Of a stretch of DNA of 52,729 bases, positions 1 through 10,346 are shown piece after piece. Origin of the DNA: an uncultured Prevotella sp. (GTDB taxonomy: Bacteria > Bacteroidota > Bacteroidia > Bacteroidales > Bacteroidaceae); NCBI GenBank assembly GCA_946540105.1, contig CAMNIA010000001.1, positions 1 through 52,729 on the forward strand, in the 5' to 3' direction. The notes under the pieces are model-generated. The model saw nothing but the letters and a program-made list of their open reading frames with translations, was not told where the DNA came from and ran no database searches. The first letter of the stretch is position 1, and the number at the start of each line of letters is the position of its first letter. Made by a program: the position numbers and the translations under genes.

Positions 1-94
1 GCAGCGTACTCATCGAGATATAGCCCACCAGCGCAATCACAATCGAGATGGCACACGCCATCACGTATTTATTGATAAAGATATTGTTCTTCAT
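1..94 (-). CDS. RND efflux permease subunit, N-terminal fragment (runs off left edge)
   Basis: Manual translation from ATG at 94: MKNNIFINKYVMACAISIVIALVGYISMSTL, an AcrB-like first TM start, directly downstream of an RND adaptor gene. Confidence 0.8.
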   Translation of the reverse strand, partial: MKNNIFINKYVMACAISIVIALVGYISMSTL

Positions 95-126
95 AATTTG
101 AATTCCGATACGACGTTATAACGAGA

Positions 127-1257
127 TTACTTTTCACTCTTCACTTCTGCAGGAAACAGCACTCTCTGTCCTTCGGTCACGTTGTTGGCACCCGAAGCCA
201 CAATCACATCACCCTCGTTCAGACCGCTGGTCACGATGAATTCCTTACCATTGCCAGTATCCTCGGTCTTAACCTCTACAGCCGTTGCCGTACTGTCGGG
301 CTTCACCTTATATACCTGCGATTTATCCTGCAGGCGTACCACTGCGAACTGGGGAACAAGTATCACACCCTTTTCAGCAAAAGGCATAACGACACTGCCC
401 TGAACACCGGAGTACAGATGACCGTCGGGATTGGGGAAAGACACCTTGGCGGTGAGCGAACCTGTTTCAGCATTAACCACACCCGTCAAGCTGACCACGC
501 GCCCCTTGTGGGGATACTCCGTACCGTTCTTCATGATAAATGTTGCAGCAGGCAGCTTCGCAAGGTAATCGTCCACCTCATCAGCCTTTATACCGCTCTG
601 CACCAATGCTTCTACAACAGCCTCGGTCACGGAGAACTCTGCATACATCGTGGTATTGCCACTGAGAATTGTGAGTTCGCTCATGGGTGACACCTGATCG
701 CCTATACGTACGGGAATCTCACCGATGATACCCGACACGGTAGCCGTGATGGTGCAGAAGCCGAGGTTCACCTTAGCACGGTTCACGGCGGCACGAGCCT
801 GGGCCACAGCGGCCTGCGCCTGCTTGTAGGAGTTCTCACTGTTACTCAACATGTAGTTGCTCACGATCTTCTTGTCGAACAGGTTCTTGTTAGACTCATA
901 CTCCAACTTAGCCGAATTCTCCTGCGCCAGGGCGGCCTGCAGGTTGGCCTGAGCAGCCTCCAACTCCAACTGGGCATTGCGTGAGTCGATAATGAAGAGC
1001 GTCTGTCCCTTCTTTACCTGCTGGCCCTCGGTAACGCATATCTTCATCAGCTGTCCACTGATTTGCGGGGTAATTGTCACGTCGTTCTGTCCTTTCATCC
1101 TGGCACTGAACTTATAAGGCAGTTCAATGTCTGACTTCTTCACTGTCATTGTCTCGAACGATGAGGTTTTCTCCTGTGGCATGTCTACTTTGCACGAGCC
1201 TAATACGGCCACTAAAAAGAACATGCAGATCCATTTGGAACAATTGTAATTCTTCAT
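127..1257 (-). CDS. RND efflux periplasmic adaptor (MFP) lipoprotein
   Basis: Lipobox LGSC, biotinyl-lipoyl-like segment (ITPQISGQL...VKKGQTLFIID), coiled hairpin, NPDG.L.SG and GL.EGD.IV motifs. Confidence 0.93.
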   Translation of the reverse strand: MKNYNCSKWICMFFLVAVLGSCKVDMPQEKTSSFETMTVKKSDIELPYKFSARMKGQNDVTITPQISGQLMKICVTEGQQVKKGQTLFIIDSRNAQLELEAAQANLQAALAQENSAKLEYESNKNLFDKKIVSNYMLSNSENSYKQAQAAVAQARAAVNRAKVNLGFCTITATVSGIIGEIPVRIGDQVSPMSELTILSGNTTMYAEFSVTEAVVEALVQSGIKADEVDDYLAKLPAATFIMKNGTEYPHKGRVVSLTGVVNAETGSLTAKVSFPNPDGHLYSGVQGSVVMPFAEKGVILVPQFAVVRLQDKSQVYKVKPDSTATAVEVKTEDTGNGKEFIVTSGLNEGDVIVASGANNVTEGQRVLFPAEVKSEK

Positions 1258-1316
1258 TTTATTGATTTGATTTGTATTTTTTGAACCTTTTATACATTAA
1301 TTACAAAACCGCCCTG

Positions 1317-1324
1317 CAAAGATA
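1317..1324 (-). promoter_or_regulatory. Bacteroidota -7 promoter element (TATCTTTG) for the RND operon
   Basis: Exact TAnnTTTG followed by CA, about 60 nt upstream of the adaptor ATG. Confidence 0.75.
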
Positions 1325-1518
1325 AACAAAAAAAATCTAAATACCAAAGCCAAGACAGCCCAACATTTAAATTTTGTTCATTCTGATAACATTTTTGCAG
1401 ATTTTATTGTTCATCTTAAAGATATTGCCGCGACAATTTACACATCTATGCTGTAATGTACACAAAGAAATGCTAATCTTTGCAGCTACTCATTCGTTCA
1501 TATTTTTGGACAATGAAC

Positions 1519-1547
1519 AAAAGAAAAGGGGCATAAAACATGCCCCT
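1519..1547 (-). terminator. Intrinsic terminator of the dcw operon
   Basis: AGGGGCAT/ATGCCCCT 8-bp stem followed on the minus strand by TTTCTTTT, 4 nt after the ftsZ stop. Confidence 0.8.
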
Positions 1548-1551
1548 AAGA

Positions 1552-2883
1552 TTATCCGAACTTGATGGTGCCCTGAACGAAATCAGCTGCAGGAGCGTCG
1601 CCACTCTTTTGCTGTTGTTCTTCGCCACTTGCCTGAGAGTAGATACTATCAAGAATTTCACGTGTTCTCTTGTAAGTTGGCGTTGACTCGACAGCAGAGA
1701 TGACATCATCGTTGTCAAGGTCGTCGGCACGGAAGAGGTAGATATGCGGACGTCGCTTATAGCGTTTGGACTGTGCATCGGTACCATAGAAACGGTTGCG
1801 GCGGTCTTGTTTCTTGGCTTCTTCCTCTTGCTGTGCTGCTATGCGCGTCGCCTCTTCTTGGGTGTTGTGACGCTGTCGGTGGCTTGCCATGCCATCGACG
1901 CGTTCGATGCCGAAACCTGTTGCGAGGATGGTGACTTTTACCTTCTTTCCCAATTCGGGATCGACGGCCAAGCCCCACTTGATTTCGAAATCATTGCCAA
2001 ACTTTGACATGAAGTCATTGACGTCGTTCATCTCCTCCATCATGAGTGATCCTGTGCCATCTTTATTGCCTGCGAAAGAGATACTGAGCAGTATTTTCTT
2101 GGAGTTGAACACGTCGTTCTCGTTGAGTAGCGGAGAGTTGAGTGCATCATCGATGGCCTTCTTGACACGACCTTCGCCTTCACCATAGCCAGTGGACATG
2201 ATGGCGACACCACCGTCTTTGAGGACAGTTTTGACATCGTTGAAGTCGAGATTGATGAGTCCGTGAACGGTTATTATCTCTGCTATGGATTTTGCAGCTA
2301 CAGAGAGTGTATCGTCGGCCTTGGCAAAGGCATCAAGAACGGTGAGTTCAGGATAGATTTCACGTAGTCGCTCGTTGTTAATAACCAACAGAGCATCAAC
2401 ATGCTTGTTCATCTCTTCTACGCCGTCGAGTGCCTGGTCGATTTTACGGTCGCCCTCGAAGCGGAAGGGTATGGTAACGATACCTACGGTAAGGATGCCC
2501 ATTTCTTTAGACACGCGGGCGACGACCGGTGCTGCACCTGTACCAGTGCCACCTCCCATGCCGGCAGTAATGAAAGCCATGCGGGTGCCGTCGCTAAGCA
2601 CGTTTTTGATGTCGTCAAGACTCTCCTCAGCTGCGGCGCGTGCTTTCTCTGGTCGGTTGCCCGCGCCGAGTCCCTCCTTGCCGAGTTGGAGATGCACTGG
2701 CACAGGGGAATCGTTGAGAGCCTGGTTGTCGGTATTACAGAGAACGAAGGTAACATCGTGAATACCTTCGCGATACATGTGGTTGACGGCATTACCACCG
2801 CCACCGCCCACGCCAATGACCTTGATGATACTATTCTGTTTTTCGGGTTCACCGAAATCGAGCAATATATTGTTGTCCATCAT
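1552..2883 (-). CDS. ftsZ: Cell division protein FtsZ
   Basis: IKVIGVGGGGGNAV, GGGTGTG tubulin signature, NLDFNDV T7 loop. Confidence 0.99.
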   Translation of the reverse strand: MMDNNILLDFGEPEKQNSIIKVIGVGGGGGNAVNHMYREGIHDVTFVLCNTDNQALNDSPVPVHLQLGKEGLGAGNRPEKARAAAEESLDDIKNVLSDGTRMAFITAGMGGGTGTGAAPVVARVSKEMGILTVGIVTIPFRFEGDRKIDQALDGVEEMNKHVDALLVINNERLREIYPELTVLDAFAKADDTLSVAAKSIAEIITVHGLINLDFNDVKTVLKDGGVAIMSTGYGEGEGRVKKAIDDALNSPLLNENDVFNSKKILLSISFAGNKDGTGSLMMEEMNDVNDFMSKFGNDFEIKWGLAVDPELGKKVKVTILATGFGIERVDGMASHRQRHNTQEEATRIAAQQEEEAKKQDRRNRFYGTDAQSKRYKRRPHIYLFRADDLDNDDVISAVESTPTYKRTREILDSIYSQASGEEQQQKSGDAPAADFVQGTIKFG

Positions 2884-2905
2884 AATTATTAAAGTAAAAA
2901 CGGGG

Positions 2906-4357
2906 TTATTCTTCTTCTTTTACTATCTCAGTAGCGGCATTTTTGAGCCAACGTCCGAACTTATTAAAAATACTATTCTGTCGACGTTCCTCTGCAAGCC
3001 GGCGTGCCTCTGCTTCAGCTTTCTCGCGAGCCTGACGCTCTTCTTCAGCTTTCTTCTGGCGCGCCTCTTCTTCGGCCTGGCGTTTCTCTTCGGCAGTACG
3101 TATGACACCTGCGGGTGTCTCGGCTGCCTGACGAGCACGTCGCTGTTCGATGGTGGTATCACCATAGGAAGGTTTCTGCGTAGCAAAGAGATCACCATTG
3201 ATGTCAATATCCTGTCCGGCACAATTGATATCGCCTTTTGCCAACAAGCCCAAAACTGTATTCATGGTGCCATCGTGTGCGTTGATATCGCTGACGGTTG
3301 ACGTAATTGTCTGTGTCACAAACTTAGCAATACGTATCTTGTCGATGTGGGTATAGTTTTGGAATGCTTTCTCGATGTCACGCATATTAGAACCGCCGCC
3401 GGTGAGGATAATACCACCAAGAAGCTTGTCACAGTAATCGTCAGGTACTTGGCACCAGACGTTGGCAATAATTTCCTCGAGTCGGCCTTCGACAATTTCT
3501 ATGAATTTGCGAGTCTCTACCTGACGTTCAGCGTCAATAGAGTACTTCATATTGTTGTCGATATCGTTATTTTCGGTGTAAGCTGTTGCATACTTGAGCT
3601 TCATGCGCTCAGCATCAGACTCCTCCATCTGTAGCGATGCGATATCTTTAGTAATATTATTTGAACCTAGAGGGATGACTGCCAAATGGCGCAGGATGTT
3701 CTTGGAGTAAACGCTGACAGTAGTAGTGTCAGCTCCCATATCGACAAGTGCGCATCCCGAACGTCGCTCTGCCTCGGTGAGCACGCTGTCAGCCAAGGCT
3801 AAAGGAGCAAGATATAGTTCGGCAATGTTTATGCCTGCAGTCTCAAAGCACTTGTTAAGGTTCTTATAGAAAGCCTTACGTTGTAAAATATTGAGGAAGT
3901 TGCCTTCGATATGTGCGCACTGGATGCCTACGGGGTCGAGCTGATATTGCGAGTCCACTTTATACTCCTGAACGGCAGCATCGAGAATCTCCTGGTCTGG
4001 ATATACCACCGACCGGTTGGCATCCATCAGTTCGACAACCATGTCTTGACTGACAACATCCTCACCAGGCATGTCCTTGGCTATGACATTGCGAATAGAA
4101 CGTATGGACTGTCCACCGACACCAACATAAACCTGTTTAATAGTGGACTTCAGCTGTTTCTCCAGCTTATTGATGATTGTGGTCAGACACAGTGCAGTCT
4201 TATCAATGTTATAGACAACGCCTTTACGAATAAACGTAGAAGAGTCCTCCTTAACGCATGCCAGCACTTGAATGCTGCCGTCAAGGTTCTTGCGACCGGC
4301 AATACCGGTCATTTTGGATGAGCCTAATTCGATGGCTACGATAAAATCCTTTGGCAT
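2906..4357 (-). CDS. ftsA: Cell division protein FtsA
   Basis: IELGSSK, VDMGADTT and LTGGGS actin-fold motifs, C-terminal amphipathic helix, position before ftsZ. Confidence 0.97.
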   Translation of the reverse strand: MPKDFIVAIELGSSKMTGIAGRKNLDGSIQVLACVKEDSSTFIRKGVVYNIDKTALCLTTIINKLEKQLKSTIKQVYVGVGGQSIRSIRNVIAKDMPGEDVVSQDMVVELMDANRSVVYPDQEILDAAVQEYKVDSQYQLDPVGIQCAHIEGNFLNILQRKAFYKNLNKCFETAGINIAELYLAPLALADSVLTEAERRSGCALVDMGADTTTVSVYSKNILRHLAVIPLGSNNITKDIASLQMEESDAERMKLKYATAYTENNDIDNNMKYSIDAERQVETRKFIEIVEGRLEEIIANVWCQVPDDYCDKLLGGIILTGGGSNMRDIEKAFQNYTHIDKIRIAKFVTQTITSTVSDINAHDGTMNTVLGLLAKGDINCAGQDIDINGDLFATQKPSYGDTTIEQRRARQAAETPAGVIRTAEEKRQAEEEARQKKAEEERQAREKAEAEARRLAEERRQNSIFNKFGRWLKNAATEIVKEEE

Positions 4358-4381
4358 ATATAATTCTTCTTTATTGTTAAT

Positions 4382-5143
4382 TCAGATTGGTTGTATTTGT
4401 TTTGCTTTTTTACAAATAATCTGGTTGCTGAACTCCATGTTGATGTAGGAGTACTTGTTCCACCCAGCCTTCGAGAGCCCGTACTTGTAGAATTTCTCCA
4501 ATCGGGAAAGTTTCTGTTGCAGATGATTGGGATATCCCAAATAAATGATATGATTACCTACACGGGGAACCATTTCGACGGAACCGTCGGCCAATACGTT
4601 GATTTGTTCTATTTGGTTGCCCCATAAAGGATTATCAATCAAGTAGCGGCCAATACCCGTCAAGACACGCTGAGCGTATTTGGGCTTTATGTCGCCCGTA
4701 GCAACTACAAGGTTGCTAACAAAACGTGTGGTGGGCATAATGTTGCCCTCGCTGTCGACATAGTAGTCATCGCCATTCGCGGCCTTGACACGCATGACAG
4801 GGAGTCGTTGCGAAATATTTATATGTACGTGCCCCGTCTGTGTCTTATAGCTTTGCACGGACTCTATAAACGGATTTTGGGCCAATGTCTCTTCAATCTT
4901 ACGGACATTTACATCTGATATATTGTCGCCTAGAGGATACAGACGGGCTTTCTGGAGCAACAATTTTACCTCGGCAGCATTGAGGAAGCCCTTGACCTCA
5001 CCCTCGTCAATATGAATATTGACCTCGGTGCAGACATCACTTGCCACATCAGGGTGGTTAAAGGCTGTGATAGCCAAAATCAAGTAAACGGCCAATAGGC
5101 AGTCTACTACGATGAATGTGATTTTGCTCCAGTTAATATTCAT
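4382..5143 (-). CDS. ftsQ: Cell division protein FtsQ/DivIB
   Basis: Single N-terminal TM, POTRA-like region, position between murC and ftsA. Confidence 0.88.
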   Translation of the reverse strand: MNINWSKITFIVVDCLLAVYLILAITAFNHPDVASDVCTEVNIHIDEGEVKGFLNAAEVKLLLQKARLYPLGDNISDVNVRKIEETLAQNPFIESVQSYKTQTGHVHINISQRLPVMRVKAANGDDYYVDSEGNIMPTTRFVSNLVVATGDIKPKYAQRVLTGIGRYLIDNPLWGNQIEQINVLADGSVEMVPRVGNHIIYLGYPNHLQQKLSRLEKFYKYGLSKAGWNKYSYINMEFSNQIICKKAKQIQPI

Positions 5144-5170
5144 AGATGCTGTTATTATTTATTCATTCTA

Positions 5171-6550
5171 TCATGACAATTTTTCTTTCAGAATTTCGGT
5201 AAGTTGAGGCACTTGATTGTCCAAATCGCCAGCACCAAGAACGATGAGCACATCAAAATCATGATTTCGAACATACTGCTGTACTTCGTCCTTACGGATG
5301 ATGTGCCGCTCGATACCTGGACGCAGATGGTCATAGATGAGCTGAGAGGTAACTCCCTCTATAGGCTCTTCGCGGGCAGGATATATCTCAGTGAGTATAA
5401 CCTCATCAAGCAGACTAAGTGCATCGGCAAATTCGGTAAAGAAGTCACGTGTGCGTGTATAGAGATGAGGCTGGAAAATAGCCGTAATTTTACGATCATG
5501 ATAAAGTTCACGAATGCTACGTGCACTCTGGTAAATCTCCTTTGGATGGTGAGCATAGTCGCTAAGAAATACTAACCGTGAAGTCTTTATCTTGAAATCG
5601 AAGCGGCGATCAACACCTTCATAAGTTTTCATCCCCTTGCGCAACTCATCGGCAGTACACCCTGCCAGCTGCGCCATAGCCATGGCAGCTATTCCGTTCT
5701 CGATGTTGATGGGAACGGGCTGACCTAACTCGATATTTCTAACTGTTTCGATTGGCGAGATGAAATCAAACGTGATGTCACCATTCTCTATGCAGATATT
5801 CTCGGCATGGAAGTCACCCTCTGTCAAGGCATAGTCATAGCGGCGAACACCCTGTTGCAAGTTCTCCTTCATCTCCAAACCACGGTGAATGATAATGGCA
5901 CCTGTGGGCTGGATGAGTTCGGTATAGTGTCGGAAACTCTCTAGATATGCCTCCTTTGTTCCATAGATATCGAGATGATCAGGGTCAGTTGAGGTGATGA
6001 CAGTCATGTAGGGAGACAACCAATGGAAGGAACGGTCAAACTCATCAGCTTCAATAACTACATAATCACTATCTGAGAGAATATAATTGGTGTTGTAGTT
6101 TTTAGAAATACCACCCAAAAAGGCATTACAGTCGAGATGACTCTGGTGCATGATGTGGGCACACATGGTCGATGTAGTTGTCTTTCCATGCGTACCGGCT
6201 ACACAAAGCCCCTTGTGTTCACGAGTCAAGGCTCCAAGCACTTGTGCGCGTTTCTGAATGTCAAAATTATGCTCACTGAAATACTTTAACTCCTTGTGCT
6301 CGGCAGGGATAGCAGGGGTATAGACGACCAGACAACTCTCTGGCTGTCGGCAAGCCAATGGAATTGCCTCAACGTTCTCTTCGTAGTGGATGGACATTCC
6401 TTCTTGTTCGAGCTTACGTGTCAAGGCTGTTGGAGTTTTGTCGTAGCCTGCCACAACAAGTCCCTTCTTCAGGAAATAACGAGCGATGGCACTCATACCA
6501 ATACCACCCGCTCCTACAAAATAGACTGCTTTTATATCTTTAATCTCCAT
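5171..6550 (-). CDS. murC: UDP-N-acetylmuramate--L-alanine ligase
   Basis: GAGGIGMS, GTHGKTTT, EADEFD, DYAHHP, FQPHLYTRT motifs. Confidence 0.98.
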   Translation of the reverse strand: MEIKDIKAVYFVGAGGIGMSAIARYFLKKGLVVAGYDKTPTALTRKLEQEGMSIHYEENVEAIPLACRQPESCLVVYTPAIPAEHKELKYFSEHNFDIQKRAQVLGALTREHKGLCVAGTHGKTTTSTMCAHIMHQSHLDCNAFLGGISKNYNTNYILSDSDYVVIEADEFDRSFHWLSPYMTVITSTDPDHLDIYGTKEAYLESFRHYTELIQPTGAIIIHRGLEMKENLQQGVRRYDYALTEGDFHAENICIENGDITFDFISPIETVRNIELGQPVPINIENGIAAMAMAQLAGCTADELRKGMKTYEGVDRRFDFKIKTSRLVFLSDYAHHPKEIYQSARSIRELYHDRKITAIFQPHLYTRTRDFFTEFADALSLLDEVILTEIYPAREEPIEGVTSQLIYDHLRPGIERHIIRKDEVQQYVRNHDFDVLIVLGAGDLDNQVPQLTEILKEKLS

Positions 6551-7661
6551 TGTTTGCTAATTTAATGACTTCCTTGGCGATTATCTCTGCCGAGTTAGGC
6601 ACCGCCATTTTGAGGATATTCTCACTAAGATTCTTCAGTTTTGCATCGTCACAAACAGTCTTTATTGCCAATGGTAGTAGCGTATCCTTGGCTTCGGCAT
6701 CCTTGACGTAAAGAGCTGCTTGACGATTAACCAATGCCAAAGCGTTCTTGGTCTGATGGTCTTCAGCCACATTAGGAGAGGGCACTAGAACAACGGGTTT
6801 CCCTAAGAGACAGAACTCACTGATAGAACCTGCTCCGGCACGACTGATAATGAGATCGGCTGCCTTATAAGCTGTAGCTATGTCGCTGATAAAATCCATT
6901 ACCTTAAGGTTATCAGGACAAACAACTTCGTCAAGTTTTTTAACAATAGCGGCATTATAGTAACTGCCCGTTTGCCAAATAAATTGTACGTGATTGTTGA
7001 CACGGAGCTTGTCCAAATGGTTTAAGACGCTTTCGTTGATGGTACGGGCCCCCAAACTGCCGCCCACCAATAGAATGGTCTTTTTTTGAGGGTCTAGTCC
7101 GAAGGAGCGAACGGCATTCTCACGAGTAACAGTATTATCGAGCAACTGCTGACGAACCGGATTGCCCGTCAACATAATTTTATTAGCTGGGAAGAAACGC
7201 TCCATGCCTTCATAAGCGACGCATATTTTGGCAGCCTTTGCACCCAGTGTTTTATTCGCCAACCCTGCATAACTGTTTTGTTCTTGTATCAGCGTTGGTA
7301 TTCCTAAACTGTTGGCTGCACCTAAGGCTGCACTGCTGGCATAACCGCCAACACCTACTGCAACCTGCGGCTTAAAAGATTTTAATAAATCTTTTGCAAT
7401 CCACTTGCTTCTGAGGTAGTCAAGGGCAACTCCGAAGTTACCCGGCTTCCACAATGGACGAAGGAAACCGCGAATGGGAAGACCCTGAATGTCGTAACCG
7501 GCAGCTGGTACACGTTGCATCTCCATACGGCCCAATGCACCAACAAATAAAATATTGGCATCAGGACATATTGCTCTTATGGCATTAGCAATAGATATGG
7601 CTGGAAAGATGTGACCTCCCGTTCCGCCACCACTAATTACAACTCTTAATTCTTTACTCAT
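6540..7661 (-). CDS. murG: Undecaprenyl-PP-MurNAc-pentapeptide GlcNAc transferase
   Basis: GGGTGGHIFP, EQNS, GNPVR, GGSLGA, SRAGA, HQTKNA motifs. Confidence 0.98.
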   Translation of the reverse strand: MSKELRVVISGGGTGGHIFPAISIANAIRAICPDANILFVGALGRMEMQRVPAAGYDIQGLPIRGFLRPLWKPGNFGVALDYLRSKWIAKDLLKSFKPQVAVGVGGYASSAALGAANSLGIPTLIQEQNSYAGLANKTLGAKAAKICVAYEGMERFFPANKIMLTGNPVRQQLLDNTVTRENAVRSFGLDPQKKTILLVGGSLGARTINESVLNHLDKLRVNNHVQFIWQTGSYYNAAIVKKLDEVVCPDNLKVMDFISDIATAYKAADLIISRAGAGSISEFCLLGKPVVLVPSPNVAEDHQTKNALALVNRQAALYVKDAEAKDTLLPLAIKTVCDDAKLKNLSENILKMAVPNSAEIIAKEVIKLANNGD

Positions 7662-7687
7662 ATACCTTATTTATATATAATGCCTTG

Positions 7688-7695
7688 CAAAGGTA
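7688..7695 (-). promoter_or_regulatory. Internal dcw promoter (-7 element TACCTTTG) upstream of murG
   Basis: Exact TAnnTTTG+CA in the 42-nt ftsW-murG gap. Confidence 0.65.
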
Positions 7696-7703
7696 ATCAT
7701 TTT

Positions 7704-8966
7704 CTATGAAATCAAAACATCTTTTGGATCTTTTTCTTTCTCTTTCTTAATTTTTGCAGATCGGCTAACGCTCAAAACGGTACCAATATAAGCACAATTG
7801 ATAATCGTCGAAGTTCCACCCTTAGAGATGAGCGGCAACGGTTGACCTGTAACTGGCGCCAATCCCACAGCAACCATCATGTTAAAAGTAGCCTGAATGA
7901 CTAACAAAAGGCCCAATCCCATACACAGAAAAGCCGGGAAGTTGTTTTCACATCGGCTGGCGATGCGAGCACAGCGATAGAGGAGGATAATGTATAAGAA
8001 AGCTACAAAGGCTGCGCCCACAATTCCCAACTCCTCAATTATAATAGCATAAATGAAGTCAGAGAATGCCTGGGCAAGGAAGTCACGCTCCACCGACTGG
8101 CCAGGTCCTTTACCGACGACACCACTCGAAACAATAGCTATATTGGCATGTGCCACTTGAGCATCCTTGTCAAGATCATACTTTTGGGGAGATACATCAT
8201 CCTTTCCAAACTTCAGAATACGGCTCTTCCATGTATCTGCTCGGTGGAGCATTTTCTCGATTTTACTCTTTGCTTTCTTGGGTTGATCAACATGTTCAAT
8301 ATTCGTCAGAAGACGCTCTTCTTCGCTGACTTCATGCCCCACCAGCATTATCATCGTGATAGCGAATACACCCATCACAACGAGAATACCCACCAGTTTC
8401 CCCAACTGACGCAGCGGTACTAGTCCGATGAACATCATCAAGATGACAACGGCGAAAAGTAATGCAGCAGTAGACAAATTTTCAACACCAATCATAGCAC
8501 AAGTAGGAATGGTGATCCACAATATCCACTTAAATGCCTGTCGGTCCGCTCCATTATCTCGCTGCATAGCAGCTAAGATTTGTGCGACAGCAAGCACAAT
8601 GGTCCCCTTTGCAATTTCAGACGGCTGTATAGTGAACCCCAGAATGCTGATCCAACGGCTAGCATCGTTAGTGCTCTTGCCGCCACCAAACATCACGATA
8701 AGCAGCAACAGAAACGTTAGTAATAGCAAAAAAGGTGTCATTAGCTTAAAGTAACGACAGGGAATATTCAGTGTGATGACAGCCACAACAACCCCCACAA
8801 TAATGGTGCCTGTATGATAAGCAATTGGGCCTACATAATTATGGCTCTTATAGGTCAGCCCACTGGAAGCTGAGAAGACCTCTACAATACTTATCATGCA
8901 GAGGAAAAAGAATACCATCCAAATTACTTTATCGCCTTTGAAGATATTGCCTATTTTTTTATTCAT
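7704..8966 (-). CDS. ftsW: SEDS peptidoglycan polymerase FtsW
   Basis: Multi-TM, RWI...IQPSEIAK, SDFIYAIIIEELG, P.TGQPLPLISKGGTS; ATG at 8966 preferred over the upstream TTG at 8996. Confidence 0.95.
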   Translation of the reverse strand: MNKKIGNIFKGDKVIWMVFFFLCMISIVEVFSASSGLTYKSHNYVGPIAYHTGTIIVGVVVAVITLNIPCRYFKLMTPFLLLLTFLLLLIVMFGGGKSTNDASRWISILGFTIQPSEIAKGTIVLAVAQILAAMQRDNGADRQAFKWILWITIPTCAMIGVENLSTAALLFAVVILMMFIGLVPLRQLGKLVGILVVMGVFAITMIMLVGHEVSEEERLLTNIEHVDQPKKAKSKIEKMLHRADTWKSRILKFGKDDVSPQKYDLDKDAQVAHANIAIVSSGVVGKGPGQSVERDFLAQAFSDFIYAIIIEELGIVGAAFVAFLYIILLYRCARIASRCENNFPAFLCMGLGLLLVIQATFNMMVAVGLAPVTGQPLPLISKGGTSTIINCAYIGTVLSVSRSAKIKKEKEKDPKDVLIS

Positions 8967-9014
8967 ATTGTCATCTTTTTTATGAGGTTTACTCAAGGCT
9001 TTATCTAAGCCTTG

Positions 9015-10346
9015 CTATAGATTTCGTGCCAACTCTTTGAATTGCTCACCTCGGTCTTCCATGTTCTTAAACAAGTCGAAAGAAGCACAGCAGGGAGAAA
9101 GGAGTACTGTCATACCTGGTTCGGCCATTTCGTAACAAGCCGCAATACACTCTTTCATGGAATGTGTATCACGAACGGGTATACCCAACTGATCAAAGTT
9201 TTCGTGTAACTTTTGGTTGTCAACACCGAGGTAGACTAGTCCAGCACATTTCTCCTTTATTAAGGGTTTAATGGGAGTATAGTCATTACCCTTATCCTTA
9301 CCCCCGACAATAAGGATGGTCTTAGTCTTCATTGAATCCAACGCATACCAACAAGCATCGACATTAGTAGCTTTGGAGTCGTTGATATATTGTACGCCAC
9401 GAACCACACAAACCTTTTCAAGACGGTGCTCTACACCTGGGAAATCGCTTAGCGATTGACGTATGACCTCCTTCTTGATGCCGGCAACATTGGTGGCAAT
9501 GCCAGCTGCCAGCGAGTTATAGATATTGTGCTTACCTGTTAGGCTCAGTGACTCCTGCTCCATGTTAAAAGGTGTTGGCTCTTCCAAGACGTATTGGCCT
9601 GACTCGATATAACCAATGCTACCCTTTTCCTTGAGTTCAGAGAACGGATACTGGATAGCTTTGATATCGTACTTCTCCAACTCTCTCTTAATAACAGGGT
9701 CATCGTTCCAATAGATGAATGCATCCTGTGATGTTTGATTCTGGATAATACGCATTTTTGAGTCAACATAGTTTTGCATCTTGAATTCATATCGATCAAG
9801 GTGGTCAGGTGTAATATTAAGCAGAATAGCTATATTGGCTCTAAAATCATACATATTGTCGAGTTGGAAAGAACTGAGTTCAATAATATAATACTCGTGC
9901 GGATCTTCTGCCACCTGTAAAGCCAGTGAATTACCTATATTACCTGCTAATCCGACATCGTAACCGGCAGCCTTGAAAATGTGATAAATAAGACTTGTGG
10001 TCGTAGTTTTTCCGTTAGAACCCGTAATGCAAATCATTTTCGAGTCAGTATAACGACCAGCAAACTCTATCTCGCTGATGATATGGATGCCCTTCTCCTT
10101 GATTTTGACAATTATGGGAGCGGTATCAGGAATGCCTGGACTCTTGATGACTTCGTCAACATCAAGAATCTTTTCTTCGGTATGATGACACTCCTCCCAG
10201 ATTATATGATGATCGTCCATCATTTTTTTGTACTTGTCTGCAATTTTTGACATGTCGCTGACAAATACATCAAAACCTTGTTTTATAGCGAGAACAGCAG
10301 CACCTGCACCGCTTTCTCCTGCTCCTAATATGGCTATCTTGCTCAT
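9015..10346 (-). CDS. murD: UDP-MurNAc-L-Ala--D-glutamate ligase
   Basis: GSNGKTTT, ELSSFQL, NDSKATN, LLSP.CASFD motifs. Confidence 0.98.
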   Translation of the reverse strand: MSKIAILGAGESGAGAAVLAIKQGFDVFVSDMSKIADKYKKMMDDHHIIWEECHHTEEKILDVDEVIKSPGIPDTAPIIVKIKEKGIHIISEIEFAGRYTDSKMICITGSNGKTTTTSLIYHIFKAAGYDVGLAGNIGNSLALQVAEDPHEYYIIELSSFQLDNMYDFRANIAILLNITPDHLDRYEFKMQNYVDSKMRIIQNQTSQDAFIYWNDDPVIKRELEKYDIKAIQYPFSELKEKGSIGYIESGQYVLEEPTPFNMEQESLSLTGKHNIYNSLAAGIATNVAGIKKEVIRQSLSDFPGVEHRLEKVCVVRGVQYINDSKATNVDACWYALDSMKTKTILIVGGKDKGNDYTPIKPLIKEKCAGLVYLGVDNQKLHENFDQLGIPVRDTHSMKECIAACYEMAEPGMTVLLSPCCASFDLFKNMEDRGEQFKELARNL

